A stretch of 63,425 bases of DNA from Bacilli bacterium (GTDB taxonomy: Bacteria > Bacillota_I > Bacilli_A > RFN20 > CAG-288), in contig JBAXZU010000001.1 of assembly GCA_041670225.1 (NCBI GenBank), positions 1 through 63,425 on the forward strand, written 5' to 3'. Under the pieces are notes generated by a model that was given only the letters and a program-made list of their open reading frames with translations, did not search any database and was not told the origin of the DNA. Below, piece after piece: positions 59,608 through 63,425 of this stretch. Position numbers and translations under genes: made by a program. Within the stretch, counting starts at the first letter, position 1, and each line of letters starts with the position of its first letter.

Positions 59608-61080
59608 ATGAAAAAAACAATAAAAAGATTATTCATCATTCTTCTGGGATTCCTTCTGCCTTTTTCAATCATAGCCTCACTTTTTGTGACTATTCCCTGT
59701 CAGTATTCAGAGACATATGTCGGAGAATTAAGCTATCTTTTTGATCGGCTGAATTCTACCAAAGAAAGAAAAGTCATTGTCATCGGAGGCAGCAGCTGTG
59801 CCTTTGGACTGAGAAGTGACTTGGTCGAACAGGAATTAGGTTTGCCATGTATTAATTTTGGATTATATGGAACTATCGGAACGAAGACTATGATGTCCTT
59901 GGCTAAAAGCAACATTCAGGAAGGTGATATTGTTATCCTTTCTCCGGAAGTCAATGAACAGACAATGTCCTTATATTTCAATCCTGATGCCATGATCCGG
60001 GCTTTGAACGGAAATATGGAAATGTTCTCTCTTTTGGATGAAAAAGATCAGCTTTCCCTTTTGAGTGCTGTCCCTTCCTATTTATCTAACAATTATGATA
60101 TTTATTCCGGAAAAGCTTCTAACAGTGTAGCTGGAATCTATCAGCGTTCTTCCTTCAATGAATATGGAGATATTTCAGTTTTCCGTCCTTTTAACATCAT
60201 GGAAGACTCCTATGATCCGGTCTCTCTGATTAAATGTGATTTTACTTCAGTACCTGATGATTTCATTGATTACTGCAATGAATTTGCTTCTTTTGTCCGT
60301 TCTAAGAAAGCAAGCATCTATTATTCTTATGGTCCGATGAATCAAATGGCAATAGCCTCCAGTGTTCCTTCAATTTTGGAGTTTGAAGACTATCTTTACG
60401 ATAAACTGGATTTTGAAATCATTTCTAATATTAATGACTATATTATTGACTCCGATTATTTTTATGATACCAATTTTCATTTGAATACGGCGGGAGCTAT
60501 CTTACGTACCAATAGTCTTATCTATGATATCAAACGTGTTTTAGGTGATAATTCTCCGAATAATATCCAACTCATGGATAAACCTCTTACTCCTTCGGAT
60601 ACGGATGACGGAGAGGATGGAGAGGAGGAAGAAGATACAGCCGATAGTGAATCTATGGAAGGACTTGATAATTCCTACTATGATGATTTCAGCTACGATA
60701 AAGTCGGTTCCTATTATTCCGTCACTAATCTTAAAGGCAGTGGTCAGGCTAAGTCTGAGTTGGTGGTTCCTTGTCTTTATGAAGGCAAAAGAATCAACCG
60801 CATAACCATGGATGCTCTCTCCTATGCTCCGAATCTGAAGAAAATCACTATTCAGAGAAATATCACTCAGATTCAGAACAGCGCTTTTTCCGGCTGCCCT
60901 GAATTAAGGGAAATCTATGTCAAGATTGCAAATCCTGTGGATATTACTGTCGGTATGGCCGGCGGTCTATTGACTGGTACCAATGCGACCTGTCTGATTT
61001 ATGTTCCTAAGGCTTCTTTATCTCTCTATCAGAATGACTACACCTGGGAAGCTTATCGCAGTGTGTTAAGGGGGTATTGA
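59608..61080 (+). CDS. membrane-anchored DltD-like (SGNH-type) protein with C-terminal BspA-type leucine-rich repeats
   Basis: 490 aa. N-terminal TM, VIVIGGSSCAFGL (DltD GSS-like Ser motif), YDTNFHLNTAG (D..H motif), acidic linker, then LRR_5-like repeats (ITIQRNITQIQNSAFSGCPELREIYV). Confidence 0.6.
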   Translation: MKKTIKRLFIILLGFLLPFSIIASLFVTIPCQYSETYVGELSYLFDRLNSTKERKVIVIGGSSCAFGLRSDLVEQELGLPCINFGLYGTIGTKTMMSLAKSNIQEGDIVILSPEVNEQTMSLYFNPDAMIRALNGNMEMFSLLDEKDQLSLLSAVPSYLSNNYDIYSGKASNSVAGIYQRSSFNEYGDISVFRPFNIMEDSYDPVSLIKCDFTSVPDDFIDYCNEFASFVRSKKASIYYSYGPMNQMAIASSVPSILEFEDYLYDKLDFEIISNINDYIIDSDYFYDTNFHLNTAGAILRTNSLIYDIKRVLGDNSPNNIQLMDKPLTPSDTDDGEDGEEEEDTADSESMEGLDNSYYDDFSYDKVGSYYSVTNLKGSGQAKSELVVPCLYEGKRINRITMDALSYAPNLKKITIQRNITQIQNSAFSGCPELREIYVKIANPVDITVGMAGGLLTGTNATCLIYVPKASLSLYQNDYTWEAYRSVLRGY

Positions 61081-61081
61081 T

Positions 61082-62830
61082 ATGAAACTTAGAAAACTAT
61101 TCTTTTCGCTGCTTCCCCTCTTATTGATTTCATCCTGCTATGGAGAACCTATAAGTACAATTTCTTCCCGATACCGAGTTATGGTTTTGGAGAATTCCGG
61201 AATCGAGATTATCGGTGATACTCAGAAAATCTGTGACTATGGTGACTCACTATCCTTTTCGGTTTCTCTGGTAGAAGGATATGAAATCACTGATATAAGT
61301 TATGGATATTATGATTATGAAAACTCTTTGCTTATTGTTGAGGATGTTTCTTCACAGCTTTCAATTACAATCTCAACTTCCTTGATCAATTCTTCTTATA
61401 CTATTGATTATTACCTCAATGGTGCGACTAGTTTCAATAACTCAACTGAGAAGATTATCCACCGCTATTATGATCCTTCTATCCGTTTAAGACCGAATAC
61501 CCTGAGATATGATGAAGTCAGTCCTTTAGAAGGAAAAACTCTCATTGGTTGGAATACTAAAGCTGATTTTACCGGTGAGGATATTGGCTTAGGAAGCCGG
61601 GTTACTATCAATAGTGAAAGAAGTCTTAGTCTGTATGCTAAATTTGAAACGTGGTCAGATTCCTCTGCTTTTTCCTATGAAGAAAAGAATAATGGAATCA
61701 GCATTACCGGATATCATGGTCAGGAAGAAAAAATAGTTATTCCGGATACAATCAATGAAAAGAAAGTTTTAGAGATTGCTAAGGGTGCTTTTGCTGATCT
61801 TGACTTCATTGATACTGTCATTATCAATCCTTCTATGGAAGCTATCAGAGGTCAGGGGTTTAGAAATGTTTCCTTAGAGACTCTTTGCTTTTTCGATAAT
61901 CTAAAAACTGTTTCCGATGAATCATTTACTGATTGCCAGAATCTGAAATATGTTCATGTCAATGCCCAGGTAGCTCCTAAATACACCAAGGAATGGACTA
62001 ATAGTTTTGCAGATAAGTTTGATAGGGTGTTTTTAGCTCGGGAAAAGAAACAGATGGTTTTCTTCGGCGGTTCAAGCATGCCTTACGGGCTTTCTTCTTT
62101 GATGGTGGATAAGGAATTTGCTTTACAGTATGTCGTTACTGATTTATGGCTGTCCTATCTGATTAATCCGGGAATGCAGTTTGAAATTCTTGATTCCTGG
62201 CTTTCGGATGGCGATATCTTGGTTCATGCTCCGGAAGATATGACTGAGAAGGTCTCATGGAATGAATTCAGTGATTTGACCTGGAGAGTCTTAGAATTTA
62301 ATTATGATCTGGTTTCAAAGGTTGATATTTCCAGACATACTTCTATTTTTACTTCATTCAACGGCTATAACGGCAATAGGCGTCAGCTGAAAGCTACTTC
62401 CTATAATGAGAAAAGCCGTACCTATAATGAATACGGAGATTTATCGACTTTCCGTCCTAATACGGATAATACTGATAAAGGATATGACATTGTCTATAGT
62501 GCGACTCAGCTGAAGGATTCCGTTCTTTCTTCATTGGATTCGATTTATGATGGGTTTGTCAGTAAAGGAATCACTGTCTATTTTTCATATGGACCGGCTA
62601 ATTTGGACGGAAATAAAATTCCAACCGCTGATGTCAGAGCTCTTTATGATCTGAAAGTCAGGAAGTTCATTACTTCTTGTCCGATTATTTCCCAGCTGGA
62701 AGATTATCTTTTCCGGGGAAAGTATTTTTCTAATACCAACTACCATATGACTTCTCAGGGAGCGGAATTAAGAACTAATCAGTTAATCAAAGATCTTAAG
62801 GCTCAAATGAAAACTGATGGGATTATTTGA
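61082..62830 (+). CDS. lipoprotein with Listeria-Bacteroides repeat, BspA-type LRR and C-terminal DltD-like domain
   Basis: 582 aa. Lipobox LLISSC, LIGWNTKADFTGEDIG repeat, LRR_5-like VIPDTINEKKVLEIAKGAFADL, then MVFFGGSSMPYGL and SNTNYHMTSQGAELRTNQLIKDLK, paralogous to the preceding gene. Confidence 0.6.
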   Translation: MKLRKLFFSLLPLLLISSCYGEPISTISSRYRVMVLENSGIEIIGDTQKICDYGDSLSFSVSLVEGYEITDISYGYYDYENSLLIVEDVSSQLSITISTSLINSSYTIDYYLNGATSFNNSTEKIIHRYYDPSIRLRPNTLRYDEVSPLEGKTLIGWNTKADFTGEDIGLGSRVTINSERSLSLYAKFETWSDSSAFSYEEKNNGISITGYHGQEEKIVIPDTINEKKVLEIAKGAFADLDFIDTVIINPSMEAIRGQGFRNVSLETLCFFDNLKTVSDESFTDCQNLKYVHVNAQVAPKYTKEWTNSFADKFDRVFLAREKKQMVFFGGSSMPYGLSSLMVDKEFALQYVVTDLWLSYLINPGMQFEILDSWLSDGDILVHAPEDMTEKVSWNEFSDLTWRVLEFNYDLVSKVDISRHTSIFTSFNGYNGNRRQLKATSYNEKSRTYNEYGDLSTFRPNTDNTDKGYDIVYSATQLKDSVLSSLDSIYDGFVSKGITVYFSYGPANLDGNKIPTADVRALYDLKVRKFITSCPIISQLEDYLFRGKYFSNTNYHMTSQGAELRTNQLIKDLKAQMKTDGII

Positions 62831-62992
62831 TTTTTCTTCTGATTATTACAATATTTCTTTTAAAAGAATAATTTTTTAATATTTTTTATTGAATTTTTAA
62901 AAAGATATATTAGTTTTAACTAATAGTAAAAAATTAAATTTCCTTAAAACAATATTAGAAACCCCTTTTTTACTCAAAATAAAAAGCTATAA

Positions 62993-63425
<433 letters not shown>

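Overview
AT-rich chromosomal window from a low-GC Bacillota organism (Bacilli / Erysipelotrichia / Mollicutes-like gene order; taxon not determinable here). It uses the standard bacterial code. No rRNA, tRNA, CRISPR array, transposase or integrase was seen. Layout: (1) 1-12 kb is housekeeping: SDR fragment, groES-groEL behind a degenerate CIRCE operator, then on the minus strand the conserved block dnaX-ybaB-recR-tmk-holB-ricT-rsmI. (2) 12-16 kb holds three membrane proteins including LemA. (3) 16-24.5 kb holds a MATE pump, a DUF5131/Gp37-Gp68-like protein, prfA-prmC, a GtrA-like protein, a small SRP RNA (ffs) directly upstream of tadA, a GNAT, trpS and galU. (4) 24.9-25.8 kb holds an HPr-like gene lacking the His15 phosphorylation site, then about 610 bp of non-coding DNA with iteron-like direct repeats. 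(5) 26-33 kb holds envelope and lipoprotein genes, including a frameshifted 5'-nucleotidase. (6) 33-43.6 kb is a maltodextrin locus: MalE/F/G-like ABC transporter, GH13 amylase, an 848-aa MalK-like ATPase with a large C-terminal extension, and malQ. (7) 44-52.6 kb holds an AgrC-like kinase with a frameshifted LytTR regulator, a frameshifted domain-permuted GH3 glycosidase, a lipoprotein with an in-frame TGA, and an NCS2-like permease. (8) 52.8-62.8 kb is the most interesting part: a tightly coupled nine-gene operon that looks like a Dlt-type surface acylation machine. It has a carrier protein, a small membrane protein, an MBOAT and two DltD-like extracytoplasmic proteins. The acyl donor module is an FkbH-like HAD-IIIC loader plus a three-protein 2-hydroxyacyl-CoA-dehydratase-type radical enzyme set (activase and two D-components). 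I know of no characterised system with this composition. Its MBOAT carries an in-frame TGA. (9) The window ends in the 5' part of a pyruvate:ferredoxin oxidoreductase gene that is absent from the ORF track. In total five genes are interrupted, three by A-tract frameshifts and two by in-frame TGA. All functional calls rest on motif recognition by eye; no database search was run.
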